From Thermodesulfobacteriota bacterium (GTDB taxonomy: Bacteria; Desulfobacterota; Desulfarculia; JACQYL01), in assembly GCA_963675595.2 (NCBI GenBank), contig CAXXLZ010000002.1, positions 544,001-608,000 of the forward strand: 64,000 nucleotides of DNA. Direction: 5' to 3'. The translations under genes were made by a program, and so were the position numbers. Below, piece after piece: positions 19,975 to 34,020 of the stretch; position 1 is the first letter of the stretch, and each line of letters starts with the position of its first letter. The notes under the pieces were generated by a model, which was given only the letters and a program-made list of their open reading frames with translations, had not been told where the DNA came from and made no database searches.

Positions 19975-21042
19975 CTAATCGCTCGTGGATCCTTCCAGAA
20001 GCATAGGAAGCACTCCCGACATTCCCTGGAAGTTCCCCGCCCCGGAACTCCGAACCTGGCCCGAATCGGCTTGCACCATGAGGGATGAGCAGTCCACGGC
20101 TTCGAAATTCGACCCCTCGACCTGCTTCAACTCCCGGAGCACGTCGTTGTCCCAGCGCTCGTCGGGAACCCCTGAAATGTACCATGAGGAGCCGTTGTCC
20201 GCCAGGATGATGCCGTATTGCTTGAAGGCCCGAAGAATGGTCTGCACGATGGGAGAAAAACCCGATTCGTCAAAACCCGATTTGAGGCGGAAGCGTTGGC
20301 CCATGGGAGGATAAGCGGGTCCCGTGAGGCCGGACGCGTCGTGACGGGCCGGCCAGACGTGGGCTTTTCGGGTTTGAGGAGCGGTGAACCGGACGGCATG
20401 CCGGATTTCGCCCGAGGCGGCTTCGTCGTAGCGCACCAAGCCGGGGAGAATGGGGAGGCCGGCGGCATCGGCCGACGTCCAGGTATCCGGGCGCAGGGCG
20501 TGGGATTTCAGATCGAACACGGCTCCCGAACCCGCGGTCCAGGAACCGTCGGGCTGGGGATAGGCGTAGTAGAGTTCATACAGCGCGCAGGCGTCCCGAT
20601 CCAGAATCAGCACGTGGCGGTCGCCGTCGCTGTCCGAACCTCCTTCGATGGGAGGATCGGGGGGGACGGGATAGGGTCCGGGATCGCTTTCGTCGGCGTA
20701 ATCGAAGGTCACGTCCACGCGGGTCTGGTCCCCGGGAACGCTCACATAAGGGATGCCGATGGGACCTCCGTCCCAGGTCCCGGAACCGAAATCCGGATGC
20801 AGGGTCGTGTCCGCGCCGATGGTCTGGATGTAGAGGTCCGAAGAAGCATCGAGGGGCAGGTTGTCCACCCGCGTGTTCCAGATGTTGTCGGAGGGAAAGA
20901 CCGCGCATCCTTCGATGTCCGGAGGGGAATCGGCGCAGGCCGTCATGGGGAAGATGAGCAGGGCAAGGAACAGCCCGATGAGACGGCCGAAACGGGACCG
21001 CCGGCATGGAAGCCGAGAAGAAGCATTGCTGATCCGATACAT
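19975..21042 (-). CDS. Conserved secreted hypothetical protein (possible lipoprotein)
   Basis: Signal peptide ending MTAC; PIGIPY, DRHVLILD, ADAAGLPILPGLVRYDE and YGIILADNG motifs. Confidence 0.8.
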   Translation of the reverse strand: MYRISNASSRLPCRRSRFGRLIGLFLALLIFPMTACADSPPDIEGCAVFPSDNIWNTRVDNLPLDASSDLYIQTIGADTTLHPDFGSGTWDGGPIGIPYVSVPGDQTRVDVTFDYADESDPGPYPVPPDPPIEGGSDSDGDRHVLILDRDACALYELYYAYPQPDGSWTAGSGAVFDLKSHALRPDTWTSADAAGLPILPGLVRYDEAASGEIRHAVRFTAPQTRKAHVWPARHDASGLTGPAYPPMGQRFRLKSGFDESGFSPIVQTILRAFKQYGIILADNGSSWYISGVPDERWDNDVLRELKQVEGSNFEAVDCSSLMVQADSGQVRSSGAGNFQGMSGVLPMLLEGSTSD

Positions 21043-21151
21043 GGATGGCTCCGCTTTTGGTGATTACTTTTTAATATTCTGTATTATGTTATGTTTCTTT
21101 CGGGGGTGTTTGCAACCGGTTCGGGGAGCGTCGGATGCACGGAATCCATCA

Positions 21152-21386
21152 CGGCGGGGCGGTTCGCGAACCGCCCCTACGGAGGGAATGATATCGCGAT
21201 GGGGGCAATGACCAAACACCCCCATGGATCGAACGTCTATCGTTGAACCCTGAATACGCGCGTCGGGGTGAAAAAATTCCATGTAGGGATAGGCCACAGT
21301 GCCTACCCGAATGCACGGCCGCAGGCCGACCTGGTTGTTTCTGCGAGGCGTAGCCGTGGCGGAGCGGTTCGCGAACCGCCCCTACA
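21152..21386. repeat. Two REP-like palindromes GCGGTTCGCGAACCGCCCCTAC
   Basis: Copies at ~21152-21180 and ~21358-21385; CTAC end is the reverse complement of the GTAG REP signature. Confidence 0.7.
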
Positions 21387-21713
21387 ATGCCTCCATATCC
21401 GGGCCCGGGGGAAAACCGTCGTCCACTGGGAATCGACCTAAGGGTCGGCAACGCCGGCCCCGTTCCGGAATGTCGCCGGCGGGAGAACACCCCGGAACAC
21501 TATCTTTTTTTAGGAAGATGGTTATAATCCTCCATCACCTCGCTTCGGAGATTGGGCGGGTAGCGGGAGCACATGCGATCCGTCACGAAAATGCGCCTTG
21601 CCAACGCGACGATTCTCGAGTATCCATTCCAATCCCTGATTGAAGACTACCGCTCAAACCGTCGAAGGACGCCGACGGCGGGCGAAGAAATTTAGAAAAA
21701 TCCCGAGGACCCT

Positions 21714-23504
21714 ATGGAACTTAGAAAAGACCTGAGAAACATCGCCATCATCGCCCACGTGGATCACGGCAAGACCACCCTGGTGGACGCCATGCTCTGG
21801 CAAAGCGGGATTTTCCGCGACAATGAAAAAATCATGGAACGAGTGATGGACAACCTGGACCTGGAACGGGAAAAGGGCATCACCATTATGGCCAAGAACA
21901 CGGCGGTGATTTACCGGAATACCAAGATCAACATCGTGGATACTCCGGGACACGCCGACTTCGGCGGGGAAGTGGAGCGAGCGTTGAGCATGGTGGACGG
22001 GGTGATGCTGCTGGTGGACGCCACCGAGGGACCCCTGCCCCAGACCCGGTTCGTGCTGGGCAAGTCCTTGTCCCGCAACCTTCCCGTGGTGGTGGTCATC
22101 AACAAGATCGACCGGCCCGACCGTCGCATCGATTCCGTGCTGGACGAAATCTACGATCTGTTCATCGATCTGGGCGCCGCCGAGGAGCAACTGGAATTTC
22201 CGGTGCTGTACACCAACGCTCGAGCGGGCATCGCTCTCCTCGACCCGGAGGACGAAGGCAAGGACCTGCAACCGCTTTTCGACACCATCCTGAAGCATGT
22301 ACCACCGCCCGCCTTCAATCCGGACCTCCCCTTGCAGTTCCTGGTGGCCAACCTGGCCTATTCGGACTACGTGGGGCGCATCGCCGTGGGGAAGATCGTC
22401 AACGGCGTTTTGCGACAGGGAGATCAGGTCGCCCTCATCAAGAAGGGCGAAGTCAAAGGCAAGGTGACGCTGAGCCAAGTCTACTCCTACGACGGACTCG
22501 AGCGGGTCTATACGCAGGAGGTGCGCGCCGGAGACATCGCCGCCGTGGCCGGAGCGGAAGAGGCCTTCATCGGGGACACCCTCGCCGACCTCGAGAATCC
22601 CAAAGCCCTTCCCGCCATCAGCGTCGAAGAACCCACCATGTCCATGGAGTTTTCCGTCAACACCTCTCCCCTGGCCGGTAAGGAAGGAAGGTTGCTGACT
22701 TCCAGGCAAATCAAGGAGCGCCTGGAAAAGGAAACTCTGTACAACGTGGCCATCCGGGTGCAGCAGGGAGAAAACCGGGACAGCTTCATCGTGGGCGCCA
22801 GAGGGGAACTCCAGCTGGCCGTGCTTGTGGAAACCATGCGCAGGGAGGGCTTCGAGCTCGCCATCTCCCGGCCCAAAATCATCTCTCGGGAAGTCAACGG
22901 AGAGAAGTTCGAGCCTTTGGAGTTGGCCGTGGTGGATGTCCCCGAAGAATACATGGGCGTGGTCACGGAAAAACTGTCCTCACGCCGCGGGCGCCTGATG
23001 AAAATGGTGAATCACGGCTCCGGCCGCGTGCGCCTCGAATTCGAAATCCCCACCCGCGGTCTTATCGGATATCGGTCCCAGTTCCTCACGGATACGCGGG
23101 GAACGGGCGTACTCACCACCCTAATCGTGGGTCAAACGCCTTACGGAGGGGAAATCGCCGCCCGCCCCAACGGGGTGTTGGTTTCAGACCGGACCGGCAA
23201 GGCCGTGGCCTTCGCGGTGTTCCACCTGCAGCCCAGGGGCACGATTTTCGTGGAACCCGGAGACCCGGCCTATGAAGGCATGATCGTGGGCGAGAACTCC
23301 CGCTCCAACGATATCTGGGTGAACATCACCAAGGAGAAGAAGCTCACCAACCTCCGCGCGTCCGGGGCGGACGAAGCTCTCCGCTTGATTCCTCCGCGTC
23401 GGTTCACCCTTGAACAGGCCATGGAATACATCAACAACGACGAACTGGTGGAAATCACTCCCAAGTCCATCCGACTCAGAAAGAAAGCGCTGAAGAAGCC
23501 CTGA
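21714..23504 (+). CDS. typA: Translational GTPase TypA/BipA
   Basis: [46 protein letters not shown] and [13 protein letters not shown]. Confidence 0.97.
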   Translation: MELRKDLRNIAIIAHVDHGKTTLVDAMLWQSGIFRDNEKIMERVMDNLDLEREKGITIMAKNTAVIYRNTKINIVDTPGHADFGGEVERALSMVDGVMLLVDATEGPLPQTRFVLGKSLSRNLPVVVVINKIDRPDRRIDSVLDEIYDLFIDLGAAEEQLEFPVLYTNARAGIALLDPEDEGKDLQPLFDTILKHVPPPAFNPDLPLQFLVANLAYSDYVGRIAVGKIVNGVLRQGDQVALIKKGEVKGKVTLSQVYSYDGLERVYTQEVRAGDIAAVAGAEEAFIGDTLADLENPKALPAISVEEPTMSMEFSVNTSPLAGKEGRLLTSRQIKERLEKETLYNVAIRVQQGENRDSFIVGARGELQLAVLVETMRREGFELAISRPKIISREVNGEKFEPLELAVVDVPEEYMGVVTEKLSSRRGRLMKMVNHGSGRVRLEFEIPTRGLIGYRSQFLTDTRGTGVLTTLIVGQTPYGGEIAARPNGVLVSDRTGKAVAFAVFHLQPRGTIFVEPGDPAYEGMIVGENSRSNDIWVNITKEKKLTNLRASGADEALRLIPPRRFTLEQAMEYINNDELVEITPKSIRLRKKALKKP

Positions 23505-23626
23505 CGGCTCCGCTTCGAAACCGGGGGGCGGGCAAGCCGGTCCCCTGGTGATGACTCCGTGGGTCCGTATGATATTGCGGCGAGGACGAAGCGGGAAAGA
23601 AGAAGCCCGCGCGACCGGATATGGGG

Positions 23627-24613
23627 TCAGAAATCGGGATAAAGCTTCTTACGGCATTCGGGACAAATGCCGTGGGAAAAACTGGCCTCGGACCGCTCCA
23701 ACAAGTATTCCTCGAAGTCCTCCCAATCGCCCTTATCGTTGCGGATGCGCTTGCAGGAGCAACAGATGGGCAGGAGTCCCCTGAGCCGCTTGACGCGGTT
23801 CAGCGCCTCTTGGAGTTCGGCCACGAGCGCTTCCCGCTCCCGCTCCTTCTTCTTGGCCTCAGTGACGTCCAGAAGCGTTCCCAATAGGCGGGAAGGTCTT
23901 TCGTTCGAGTTGCGAACGACATGTCCTCTGGAGGATAACCAGCGGTAGCCGCCGTCTTTGTTCCGGACCCGGTACTCCGACTCGTAAGCGGGTGAGAGCC
24001 CTTCCACATGGGCGAGAATCTCGTTCAGCACCCGATCCGTGTCCTCCGGGTGCACCCACTGAAGCCATTCATCGAGCCTCTTCACGGCGTCTTCGGAGTC
24101 ATATCCCAGATACGCGAACAAATTGGCGTCCAGGTGAATCTCCTCGGTCCGCAGGTTCCATTCCCATACCCAGACGTTGGCCGCCTGAACGGCCAAGGCG
24201 TATCTGCGCTCGCTCTCCCGAAGTTTCCGTTCCATCTCCTTGCGGTGCATGGCCACTTCTATGGCCGTTTTAATCTGGGCCGACTGGAACGGCTTGAGAA
24301 TATAAGCCAAAGGTTGCACGGCCTTGGCCCGCTCAAGAAAGGCTTCATCATCAAAAGCGGTGACGAAGATCACCGGGATTTCCGACTCCTTGGTGATCAC
24401 TTCGGCTGCTTGAATGCCGTCCATGGACCCCGGCATGACGATGTCCATAAGGATCAGGTCGGGCACCAGCCTCCGCGCCATGGACACCGCTTCCACGCCC
24501 GAAGAAGCGATGCCGACGACCTCGTATCCCAGGTGTCGCAACCGCTCCTCAAGCTGCATGGCGATGATGAACTCATCTTCGGCGATGAGCAGATGAAAAG
24601 GGCTTTCGCTCAA
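23627..24613 (-). CDS. Response regulator with PAS domain and C-terminal CxxC...CxxC motif
   Basis: AEDE, LILMDI and KP receiver motifs; WEWN...VHPED PAS; LLPICCSCKRIR...SHGICPEC. Confidence 0.88.
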   Translation of the reverse strand: MSESPFHLLIAEDEFIIAMQLEERLRHLGYEVVGIASSGVEAVSMARRLVPDLILMDIVMPGSMDGIQAAEVITKESEIPVIFVTAFDDEAFLERAKAVQPLAYILKPFQSAQIKTAIEVAMHRKEMERKLRESERRYALAVQAANVWVWEWNLRTEEIHLDANLFAYLGYDSEDAVKRLDEWLQWVHPEDTDRVLNEILAHVEGLSPAYESEYRVRNKDGGYRWLSSRGHVVRNSNERPSRLLGTLLDVTEAKKKEREREALVAELQEALNRVKRLRGLLPICCSCKRIRNDKGDWEDFEEYLLERSEASFSHGICPECRKKLYPDF

Positions 24614-24968
24614 ATGACTCTCCGTTTCTCCAAGTGAAACAATCGTCGGGAGGGACCGTGTTTGGAGACATTCGGCAGGGATAGGCGTTGTGTACGATCA
24701 CGGGCGAGGATCGAACCGTGCTTCCCTGAAAAAACTTAAAGTTGGAGTTCATTTTAGAGCTTTTATGCGGTAACGTAAATAGGGTAATTCATGATATTCT
24801 ATGCACGAAATCATGATTCTAACGCTGAAATCACCTGATATGACGTAATGCCTAGTATATTGTAATGCACCGGATCGGTCAACCGGAACCCACCCGGAAA
24901 GATCCGTGCCCCCATTCGGAGACGGAAAACGCTTCTCACGACCAATGCCGCTGTGTAAGGAGTACGAA

Positions 24969-25481
24969 ATGGAACGGATAACCTACGCGCGCTACGGGTT
25001 GCTGATGGAAGGCGAATCCCTGGAGATTCAAACAGCGGGTGACGGATACTGCGAACCCGGCTACTTCATGGGAACTCTTTTCGAAGGTCGACAAGATCGA
25101 CCGCTCCCCATCGGAGTGGTTCACTACCCCGTGGCCCTCACGGAGCCTCCGAAATATCGAGTTCGCTGCGAGCTTTGTCGGTATCTGGTTCAAGACGCCG
25201 ACGCCTTTTGGCAGAGATTGTATCAATCGGAAATGATCTATCCTCACCTTTCGCCCGAGTTCTCTCTCATGCAGGTAAGACACACCACGGTCTTCACCTT
25301 GGACGGTGCGGCCACGGCGGCCCCGTTGTTCGTGCTGAATCCGTTGTTCTACCTGTTCTGGAGAGAGCGTTACGACATGCGTCTAACGGAAATCGCCCCG
25401 GACGCCGAGGGCTTCGTCGGCTGGCGAGCCGTGCCCCCCTGGAAGCCGGACGAAGACATCGCGCCGGTCGAGCGATGCTGA
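24969..25481 (+). CDS. Hypothetical protein
   Basis: RBS AAGGAG before ATG 24969; coding-like composition; no family recognised. Confidence 0.6.
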   Translation: MERITYARYGLLMEGESLEIQTAGDGYCEPGYFMGTLFEGRQDRPLPIGVVHYPVALTEPPKYRVRCELCRYLVQDADAFWQRLYQSEMIYPHLSPEFSLMQVRHTTVFTLDGAATAAPLFVLNPLFYLFWRERYDMRLTEIAPDAEGFVGWRAVPPWKPDEDIAPVERC

Positions 25482-25572
25482 GGAAAGCGAAACGGAACGG
25501 TTTGCAGTACCTGACGGCAAAGGTTGAGAGTCGGGGAACCCGCGACAAACGGATTCCCCTGAAAAAGCATTC

Positions 25573-27012
<1,440 letters not shown>

Positions 27013-27365
27013 CTATACCACAGCGGAAGCCGGTTTGCCATGCGGGAATCCCGTCCTCTTCCTTTCCACCTCGATTTTCAGCAAAAGGAAGGGAACCGCA
27101 TCCACGACCTGCCGCGCCAAAATTCCGGACCGCTCGTAAACGAAACAAGATTTCACATGGTCTTCTCTTGATCCGGGAGTAATTTTAGTAGAAAGTAGGT
27201 AGTGAAAGGATCTACATAATTCTGAGGACAGCCCTCCTCGACCCTGCGGATCCCAATCAAAGCCGACCTCCGTATCTCCCATGGAAGTACCTGGATTCGG
27301 GCGACACCCGTGAGGTGCGAAAAACCGACGGAACTCGAACGCGCCGGCTGTTGGAGTATTTTCCC

Positions 27366-30300
27366 ATGACGAACCGTGACAATCCCCAAGAACGCGAGCA
27401 TCCCGCCATGGATGCGCCCCGTGAAACCCGCGATGGTCGGGCGCGGCCGCCCGCATCGGACGCCCCCGCCCCGCCCCTTGATGCTTCGGACGTCTACGAA
27501 CGCATCGTACAGACCATGAATTCCATTGTTCTCCTGAGGGATTTCGAGGGGAAAATTCTTTTCATGAACCGAGCCGGACAGGAGTTTTTCGGTTTCCGGG
27601 AAGATGAAATCGTCGGAGCGAACGTAGTGGGCACCATTGTGCCGGAGCGTTCCCTGAACGGCAAGGACCTGTCCGCCATGATTCGGGACATCGGAAGGAA
27701 TCCCGACGACTTCATTTATAATGAAAACGAGAACATGCGCCGGAACGGAGAACGTGTCTGGATGTCTTGGGCCAACCGCCTCTTCCTCGACGAACAGGGC
27801 CGACCCGTGGGAATCCTCGCAGTGGGCAGAGATCTTTCCAATCGGAAACGCATGGAGGAAACCCTTCGTGCGAGCGAAGCGCGTTACCGGACGTTGGCGG
27901 AAAACATCCCCAACGGTGTCGCGGCTTTGCTCGACCGTGATCTGAAAATCGTCTTGGCCGACGGCAGAGCCGTGGAGCAAGTGGGACTCACACAAAAGGA
28001 CTTCATCGGAAAGACTCCCACGGAAGTCTTTCCTAAAGAAATAATCGATCCCGTTCTGCCTTTGCTCAAGGTCGCTTTGGAGGGAATCCCCGTCACGTTT
28101 CAGGCGAATTACGCCGGACGGAATTTTGAACTGAGCGCGGCCCCCATCGTCGACTCCTCCGGAGAAATCAGCCGGTGTATGGTCCTTGGACTGGACGTGT
28201 CCAGACAGGTAGAAGTGGAGCGGGCTTATAGGGAATCGAAGCAAATGGTAACGGATATTCTCGAGAGCACCACTGAATCCTTCGTCTCCCTGGACGAAGA
28301 TCTCACGGTGACCTACATCAACCGAGCGGCGGAAGAAGTTCTGGGATGGAACCGTCGACAGGTGGTCGGCCGGAAATTCGACGAAATCATCCCCGAAGCT
28401 CGTGGAGGAATCCTGGAAGAGAAATTCCGGGAAGTCCTGGCTCGCAGGCAACCCGTCGCTTTCGAAAGATTTTTCGACCGGGAACCCTATCGAAACTGGT
28501 ACGACATTCATTTGTACCCCGAACCCAGGGGCGTCTTGGCTTTCTTCCAGGTCACCACCCAACGAAGGGAAGCGGAGGAGCGGCTCCGCGCCAATGAGGA
28601 ACGATTTCGCCAATTGGCCGAAAACATCCGTCAGGTGTTCTGGTTGACCAGGCTGGATTCGAATGAATTCCTCTACGTGTCGCCCGTCTTCAAAGAGGTC
28701 TGGGGGCGTGATCCCGAAACCATGTATCAAAATCCGTCCGTTTGGTTGGATGCCGTGTATCCCGAGGACGTGAAAGAAGTAAAAAGATACCTTCGAGCAC
28801 TATCTCGAAATGAAGAAGCCGAGACCCAATACCGCATCGTGCGTCCCGACAAATCCATTCGATGGATACAGAATCGGGGATTTCCGGTCAGGGACTCTTC
28901 CGGCCAACCCTACCGTCTGGCCGGAATCGCGGAAGACATCACGCACCGTAAGCGGGTGGAACGAGAGTTGAGAGAAAGCGAATCCCGTTACCGCAGTCTC
29001 GTGGAAGACAGTTTCGACGGCATTTTCGTTCAAAAAGGGTCTCGCATCGTTTTTGTGAATCAGCGACTGATGGAAATGCTCGGCTATGACGAAGAAGAAC
29101 TTCTGTGCTTGGAGCACTGGCAAATCTACCATCCCGATTTCCGGGACTTGACCCGCAAGCGGGCCTCGGCGCGAATGATGGGTGAGCAGGTGCCGACCCG
29201 CTACGAGGTGCGATGCCTCCGCAAAGACGGAAACTCATTTTTCGCCGAAGTGAGCGCCCGGGCCATCACCCTGGACGCGGAGCCGGGAATACAGGTCTGG
29301 ATTCACGACATCAGCGAACGCAAACTGGCCGAAGCCACCCAAAACCGATTGGAGGCCGAACTCCGCCAATCTCAGAAGATGGAAGCCATCGGCACGCTGG
29401 CCGGAGGAATCGCCCATGAATTCAACAATATTCTGGCTGCCATTCTGGGATACACCGAACTGGCTTTCTTCGGCCTTCCCGAAGACCACCCGTCTCGAAC
29501 ACACCTCGAACGAGTCGTCTCCTCCAGCCACCGGGCCAAAGACATCATTCAGCAGATTCTGAGTTTCAGCAGACGGAACGATCAGGATAAAAAACCGCTT
29601 CGCATCGGGCACGTAGTGCAGGAAGCCATGAATCTGGTCCGGGCCACGCTGCCTTCAAATATCGAGATTCGCGAGAAAACGGCCTTCCTTCCGGGGACCG
29701 TCCTGGCCAATCCCACACAGATTCACCAGATCATTTTCAACTTGTGTTCCAACGCGGCTCACGCCATGCGCGATCGGGGCGGAATGCTTGAAGTCCGGCT
29801 TTCCGAGAAGCGACTGGACGGTGTCCCGCCCGCAAGCCCCATGGGCGTACCTCCGGGCAGATACGTAGAATTGGAGGTGAGGGATAGTGGAGAGGGAATG
29901 AGTCGCGAGGTCCTGGAAAGAATCTTTGAGCCCTTCTTCACCACCAAGAGCCCCGGAGAAGGAACCGGCATGGGGCTTTCCGTGGTCCACGGCATCGTCC
30001 AGAGCCACAGGGGTTCCATCGATGTCTCAAGCAAACCGGGGCAAGGGTCTTCATTCCGCGTCCTTTTGCCCGTCCTCGACGATCAGATGGCCGGGGAAAC
30101 GCCCTGTGCGAGATTTCGAACGCCGGGGGGCAGTGAACGGATATTGTTTGTGGACGATGACAAAGACATCGCCGACCTTGGACGAAATATGCTTTCCATC
30201 CTGGGTTACCATGTCACCACGGCCGCATCCGGCAGCGAAGCGCTGCAAATTTTTCGAGACCGACAGCGGAAGTTCGATCTGATCATTACGGACCAGAGCA

Positions 30301-30491
30301 TGCCGGGAATTACCGGACTGGAGCTGGCGGAGGCGGTTTGCCTGATTCAACGAACCACGCCCGTGATCCTGTGTTCCGGCTCGGCCGAGATTCCCCCTTG
30401 CGGAGACAACATCCGGGAATTTCTCGTCAAGCCCATCACCATGACGCAACTCGCTCTGATCGTCAGGAAAGTGCTGGATTCGCAGGACTGA
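27366..30491 (+). CDS. Multi-PAS hybrid sensor histidine kinase/response regulator
   Basis: About five PAS/PAC repeats; QKMEAIGTLAGGIAHEFNN H-box; FFTTK...GTGMGL; C-terminal receiver; start uncertain (27315 or 27366). Confidence 0.93.
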   Translation: MTNRDNPQEREHPAMDAPRETRDGRARPPASDAPAPPLDASDVYERIVQTMNSIVLLRDFEGKILFMNRAGQEFFGFREDEIVGANVVGTIVPERSLNGKDLSAMIRDIGRNPDDFIYNENENMRRNGERVWMSWANRLFLDEQGRPVGILAVGRDLSNRKRMEETLRASEARYRTLAENIPNGVAALLDRDLKIVLADGRAVEQVGLTQKDFIGKTPTEVFPKEIIDPVLPLLKVALEGIPVTFQANYAGRNFELSAAPIVDSSGEISRCMVLGLDVSRQVEVERAYRESKQMVTDILESTTESFVSLDEDLTVTYINRAAEEVLGWNRRQVVGRKFDEIIPEARGGILEEKFREVLARRQPVAFERFFDREPYRNWYDIHLYPEPRGVLAFFQVTTQRREAEERLRANEERFRQLAENIRQVFWLTRLDSNEFLYVSPVFKEVWGRDPETMYQNPSVWLDAVYPEDVKEVKRYLRALSRNEEAETQYRIVRPDKSIRWIQNRGFPVRDSSGQPYRLAGIAEDITHRKRVERELRESESRYRSLVEDSFDGIFVQKGSRIVFVNQRLMEMLGYDEEELLCLEHWQIYHPDFRDLTRKRASARMMGEQVPTRYEVRCLRKDGNSFFAEVSARAITLDAEPGIQVWIHDISERKLAEATQNRLEAELRQSQKMEAIGTLAGGIAHEFNNILAAILGYTELAFFGLPEDHPSRTHLERVVSSSHRAKDIIQQILSFSRRNDQDKKPLRIGHVVQEAMNLVRATLPSNIEIREKTAFLPGTVLANPTQIHQIIFNLCSNAAHAMRDRGGMLEVRLSEKRLDGVPPASPMGVPPGRYVELEVRDSGEGMSREVLERIFEPFFTTKSPGEGTGMGLSVVHGIVQSHRGSIDVSSKPGQGSSFRVLLPVLDDQMAGETPCARFRTPGGSERILFVDDDKDIADLGRNMLSILGYHVTTAASGSEALQIFRDRQRKFDLIITDQSMPGITGLELAEAVCLIQRTTPVILCSGSAEIPPCGDNIREFLVKPITMTQLALIVRKVLDSQD

Positions 30492-30499
30492 AAAAGTTT

Positions 30500-30527
30500 G
30501 TGGAACCCGCGTCAAAGCGGGTTCCAC
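30500..30527. terminator. Hairpin between convergent kinase gene and icmF operon
   Basis: GTGGAACCCGC-gtcaaa-GCGGGTTCCAC, 11-bp stem. Confidence 0.6.
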
Positions 30528-30537
30528 CTCCGGCCTT

Positions 30538-30738
30538 TCAATCTTGATCGACCGTTTTACCTTCCCGGGACTTCTCCTTCATCAGCTCATTGATCACGCA
30601 TTCCGTCCTGAACTTGCAGTAAAGATGAGGGTCCAGGCATTCGGGATTGTTCTCGACACACTCCCCGCATAGGCCAGAGTTATGTTTTCGGCAGGGAAGA
30701 AAGGCTTCCCTGTCCGGGTGATTCCTGCATGCGGGCAC
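30538..30738 (-). CDS. Small Cys-rich (B-box-like) protein
   Basis: CRNHPDREA..CRKH...CGEC...C...YCKFRTEC; starts directly after the icmF stop. Confidence 0.7.
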   Translation of the reverse strand: MPACRNHPDREAFLPCRKHNSGLCGECVENNPECLDPHLYCKFRTECVINELMKEKSREGKTVDQD

Positions 30739-33700
30739 TTACATCCCCCTTCGGTATTGGCCGCCCACTTCGTTCAGGGCATGTGAGATTTGCCCCATGG
30801 AGCAGACGCGCACGGTTTCCATGAGTTCCGCGAAGATGTTTCCCCCGGAAAGCGCCGTCTTCTTCAGACGCTCAAGGGCCTCCGGCGCCTCGTCGGCATG
30901 TTCTTCGTGAAACCGCCGAAGCCGCTCCAACTGACCCTGCTTCTCTTCTTCTGTGGCGCGGGTGAGTTCCACCAGGCAGAACTCCTCTTCTTCTTCCATG
31001 TCGTGGGGGTTCAGGAAAGTGTTCACCCCGACGATGGGCAGTTCGCCGGAATGCTTGCGAGCCTCGTATACCAGAGACTCTTCCTGAATCCGGCTTCTCT
31101 GGTAACCGGTCTCCATGGCCCCCATGGCTCCTCCCCGCTCGGTGAGCCGATCGAACTCCTCAAGAACCGCCTCTTCGACCAGGCGCGTCAGTTCCTCCAC
31201 GATGAAGCTGCCCTGATAGGGATTCTCGTTCTTGGCCAGTCCCCACTCCCGGTTGATGATGAGCTGGATGGCCAGAGCGCGGCGCACCGATTCTTCCGAC
31301 GGGGTGGTGATCGCCTCGTCATAAGCATTGGTATGGAGGGAATTGCAGTTGTCGTAGATGGCACAAAGCGCCTGCAGGGTCGTTCGAATGTCGTTGAAGT
31401 TCACTTCCACGGAGTGCAGGGAACGACCCGAGGTTTGGATGTGATATTTGAGCATCTGGGAACGCTCCGCCCCTCCGTACAAGTTCTTCATGGCGATGGC
31501 CCAGATTCTCCGGGCCACGCGTCCGATGACCGTGTATTCCGGGTCCATGCCGTTGGAGAAGAAAAAGGAGAGGTTGGGAGCGAATGCATCGATATTCATG
31601 CCCCGGCTCAGGTAGTATTCCACGTAGGTGAAGCCGTTGGCCAAAGTGAAGGCTAGTTGCGAGATGGGATTCGCGCCGGCTTCGGCGATATGGTACCCCG
31701 AAATGGAGACCGAATAGTAGTTTCGTACCTGATTGTCGATAAAGAACTGCTGCACGTCTCCCATCATGCGCAAAGCGAACTCAATGGAGAAGATGCAGGT
31801 GTTCTGGCCCTGGTCTTCTTTGAGGACGTCCGCCTGAATCGTGCCCCGAATGTTCCTCAACACATCCGCCCTGATCTTTGCGCGCTCTTCGTCACTCGGC
31901 CCTCGACCGTTTTCTTCATGGAATTTTTCCATCTGTCGATCTATGGCCGTATTGAAGAACATGGCCAGCATGATGGGCGCCGGTCCGTTGATGGTCATGG
32001 ACACACTGGTGTTGGGCGCACAAAGGTCGAATCCGTCGTATAAGATCTTGGCGTCGTCCAAAGTGCAGACGCTGACGCCGGAGTTGCCTACCTTGCCGTA
32101 GATGTCCGGCCGGGTGTCCGGGTCCTGTCCGTAGAGAGTCACGGAATCAAAGGCCGTGCTCAACCGTTTGGCCTCACTGTTTCGGGAAAGGTATTTGAAC
32201 CTCCGGTTGGTGCGGTCGGGAGCCCCTTCCCCGGCGAACATGCGGGTGGGATCCTCGTCACCGCGCTTGAACGGGAACACGCCCGCCGTAAAGGGAAACT
32301 TCCCCGGCACGTTTTCCTCTCTCAACCAACGAAGAATCTCCCCCGGGTCTCGAAACTTGGGCAACATGACCCTGGGAATACGCTTGCCGGACAAACTGGT
32401 GGTATGTAGAGGAACCCGGACTTCCCGGTCTCGCACCTTATATGCGTATTCGTCTCCCGAATAGGCTTCCACAAGCAGCGGCCAGTCCTCCAGCAGCTTG
32501 CGCGCCTCCCTGGGAAGAGCGTCGTTGGTTTCCCGGATTTCCCGCTTCAGCAAATCAAGAGCGCTCTCCCCCGTTTCTTCGAGCCGGGCCTCAACCAGGG
32601 CCAAAGCCTCTTCGAGGTGCCGGGCCTTGCGAGCCAACTCGCACATCTTCTTTGTTTCACGGTGGTAGTGTCTCACGGAATCCGAGATTTCCGACAGATA
32701 GCGCATCCGTTCCGGAGGGATAATGATGGTCTTGCTCGAAGAAGTCTTCCTTTGGGAGGCGGGGATACGGCTTTCCCATCGAAGGCCCTTCTTTTCGGCG
32801 ATGAGGTCCAGAATCCCATGGTACAGGGCCGTGACGCCGTCGTCGTTGAATTTGGCCGCGATGGTTCCGTATACGGGCATATCCTCCGGAGAACGATCCC
32901 AGACTTCCCGATTCCTCTGTACCTGCTTGCGTACGTCCCGCAGAGCGTCTTCCGAGCCTTTTCGCTCGAACTTGTTGACCGCCACCACATCCGCGAAATC
33001 CAGCATGTCGATCTTCTCGAGCTGACTTGCCGCTCCAAATTCGGACGTCATGACATAAAGGGAAATATCCACGAGTTCCGCGATGGCGGCATCCCCTTGG
33101 CCGATGCCGGCGGTTTCCACGATGATCAGGTCGTACCCGGAAGCCTTGAGCACCCAGATGCCTTCCTGCAACGCATCGGAAAGCTCGTTGCCGGAACGGC
33201 GAGTGGCGAGGGACCTGAGGTAAACCCTCGGGTTATTGATGGCGTTCATGCGGATCCGGTCGCCGAGCAACGCGCCGCCGCTCTTCCTGCGTGTGGGGTC
33301 CACGGCCAGGATTCCTACGGTCTTGTCGGGAAAGTCATACAAGAAACGCAGGATCAATTCGTCCGTGAGCGAAGACTTTCCGGAACCTCCCGTTCCCGTG
33401 ATACCCAGCACGGCCATTTGGGAGGATTCCGCCCGTCGCCGGAGCTCAGCCCGGAACTGCTCCAGGTGACCGTTCTCGGCGATCTTCTTCTGTTCCATCA
33501 GGGTGATCACCCGGGCCACCGCCGGTTTGTGGTCCGGCCTTAAGGCCTCGGGCGTGAAATCGGCCAGATCTTCGGAAACGGGTTTGTCGACGGTTTCCAG
33601 GAGATTGTTGATCATGCCCTGCAGGCCCATTTTGCGACCATGGTCCGGGGAGTATATCTTGGCGACGCCGTACTCCTCGAGCTCCCGGATTTCGTCGGGG

Positions 33701-34020
33701 ACAATCACGCCTCCCCCGCCGCCGAAGACCTCGATATGGCCGGCGCCCCGCTCCCTGAGCAGGTCTTTCATATATTTATAAAACTCGATGTGTCCTCCCT
33801 GGTAACAGGTAGCCGCCACGGCTTGGGCGTCTTCCTCGATGGCTGCGTTGACGATTTCATCCACGGAGCGGTTGTGCCCCAGATGAATCACTTCGGCGCC
33901 GCTGGCCTGCATGATCCGTCGCATGATGTTGATGGAAGCGTCGTGGCCGTCGAACAGGGAGGCCGCGGTTACGATTCGAATGGGATTCTTCGGCGAATAA
34001 ATACGGGCTTTATCGGCCAT
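30739..34020 (-). CDS. icmF: Fused isobutyryl-CoA mutase/MeaB GTPase IcmF
   Basis: N-terminal B12-binding [12 protein letters not shown]; GTGGSGKSS GTPase; mutase TRMFAGEG and [10 protein letters not shown]; ends GGQYRRGM. Confidence 0.95.
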   Translation of the reverse strand: MADKARIYSPKNPIRIVTAASLFDGHDASINIMRRIMQASGAEVIHLGHNRSVDEIVNAAIEEDAQAVAATCYQGGHIEFYKYMKDLLRERGAGHIEVFGGGGGVIVPDEIRELEEYGVAKIYSPDHGRKMGLQGMINNLLETVDKPVSEDLADFTPEALRPDHKPAVARVITLMEQKKIAENGHLEQFRAELRRRAESSQMAVLGITGTGGSGKSSLTDELILRFLYDFPDKTVGILAVDPTRRKSGGALLGDRIRMNAINNPRVYLRSLATRRSGNELSDALQEGIWVLKASGYDLIIVETAGIGQGDAAIAELVDISLYVMTSEFGAASQLEKIDMLDFADVVAVNKFERKGSEDALRDVRKQVQRNREVWDRSPEDMPVYGTIAAKFNDDGVTALYHGILDLIAEKKGLRWESRIPASQRKTSSSKTIIIPPERMRYLSEISDSVRHYHRETKKMCELARKARHLEEALALVEARLEETGESALDLLKREIRETNDALPREARKLLEDWPLLVEAYSGDEYAYKVRDREVRVPLHTTSLSGKRIPRVMLPKFRDPGEILRWLREENVPGKFPFTAGVFPFKRGDEDPTRMFAGEGAPDRTNRRFKYLSRNSEAKRLSTAFDSVTLYGQDPDTRPDIYGKVGNSGVSVCTLDDAKILYDGFDLCAPNTSVSMTINGPAPIMLAMFFNTAIDRQMEKFHEENGRGPSDEERAKIRADVLRNIRGTIQADVLKEDQGQNTCIFSIEFALRMMGDVQQFFIDNQVRNYYSVSISGYHIAEAGANPISQLAFTLANGFTYVEYYLSRGMNIDAFAPNLSFFFSNGMDPEYTVIGRVARRIWAIAMKNLYGGAERSQMLKYHIQTSGRSLHSVEVNFNDIRTTLQALCAIYDNCNSLHTNAYDEAITTPSEESVRRALAIQLIINREWGLAKNENPYQGSFIVEELTRLVEEAVLEEFDRLTERGGAMGAMETGYQRSRIQEESLVYEARKHSGELPIVGVNTFLNPHDMEEEEEFCLVELTRATEEEKQGQLERLRRFHEEHADEAPEALERLKKTALSGGNIFAELMETVRVCSMGQISHALNEVGGQYRRGM

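Noticed and set aside
21062-21095. dif-like site (TATTATGTTATGT)
   Set aside because: Only a partial XerD-like arm; the XerC arm does not match.
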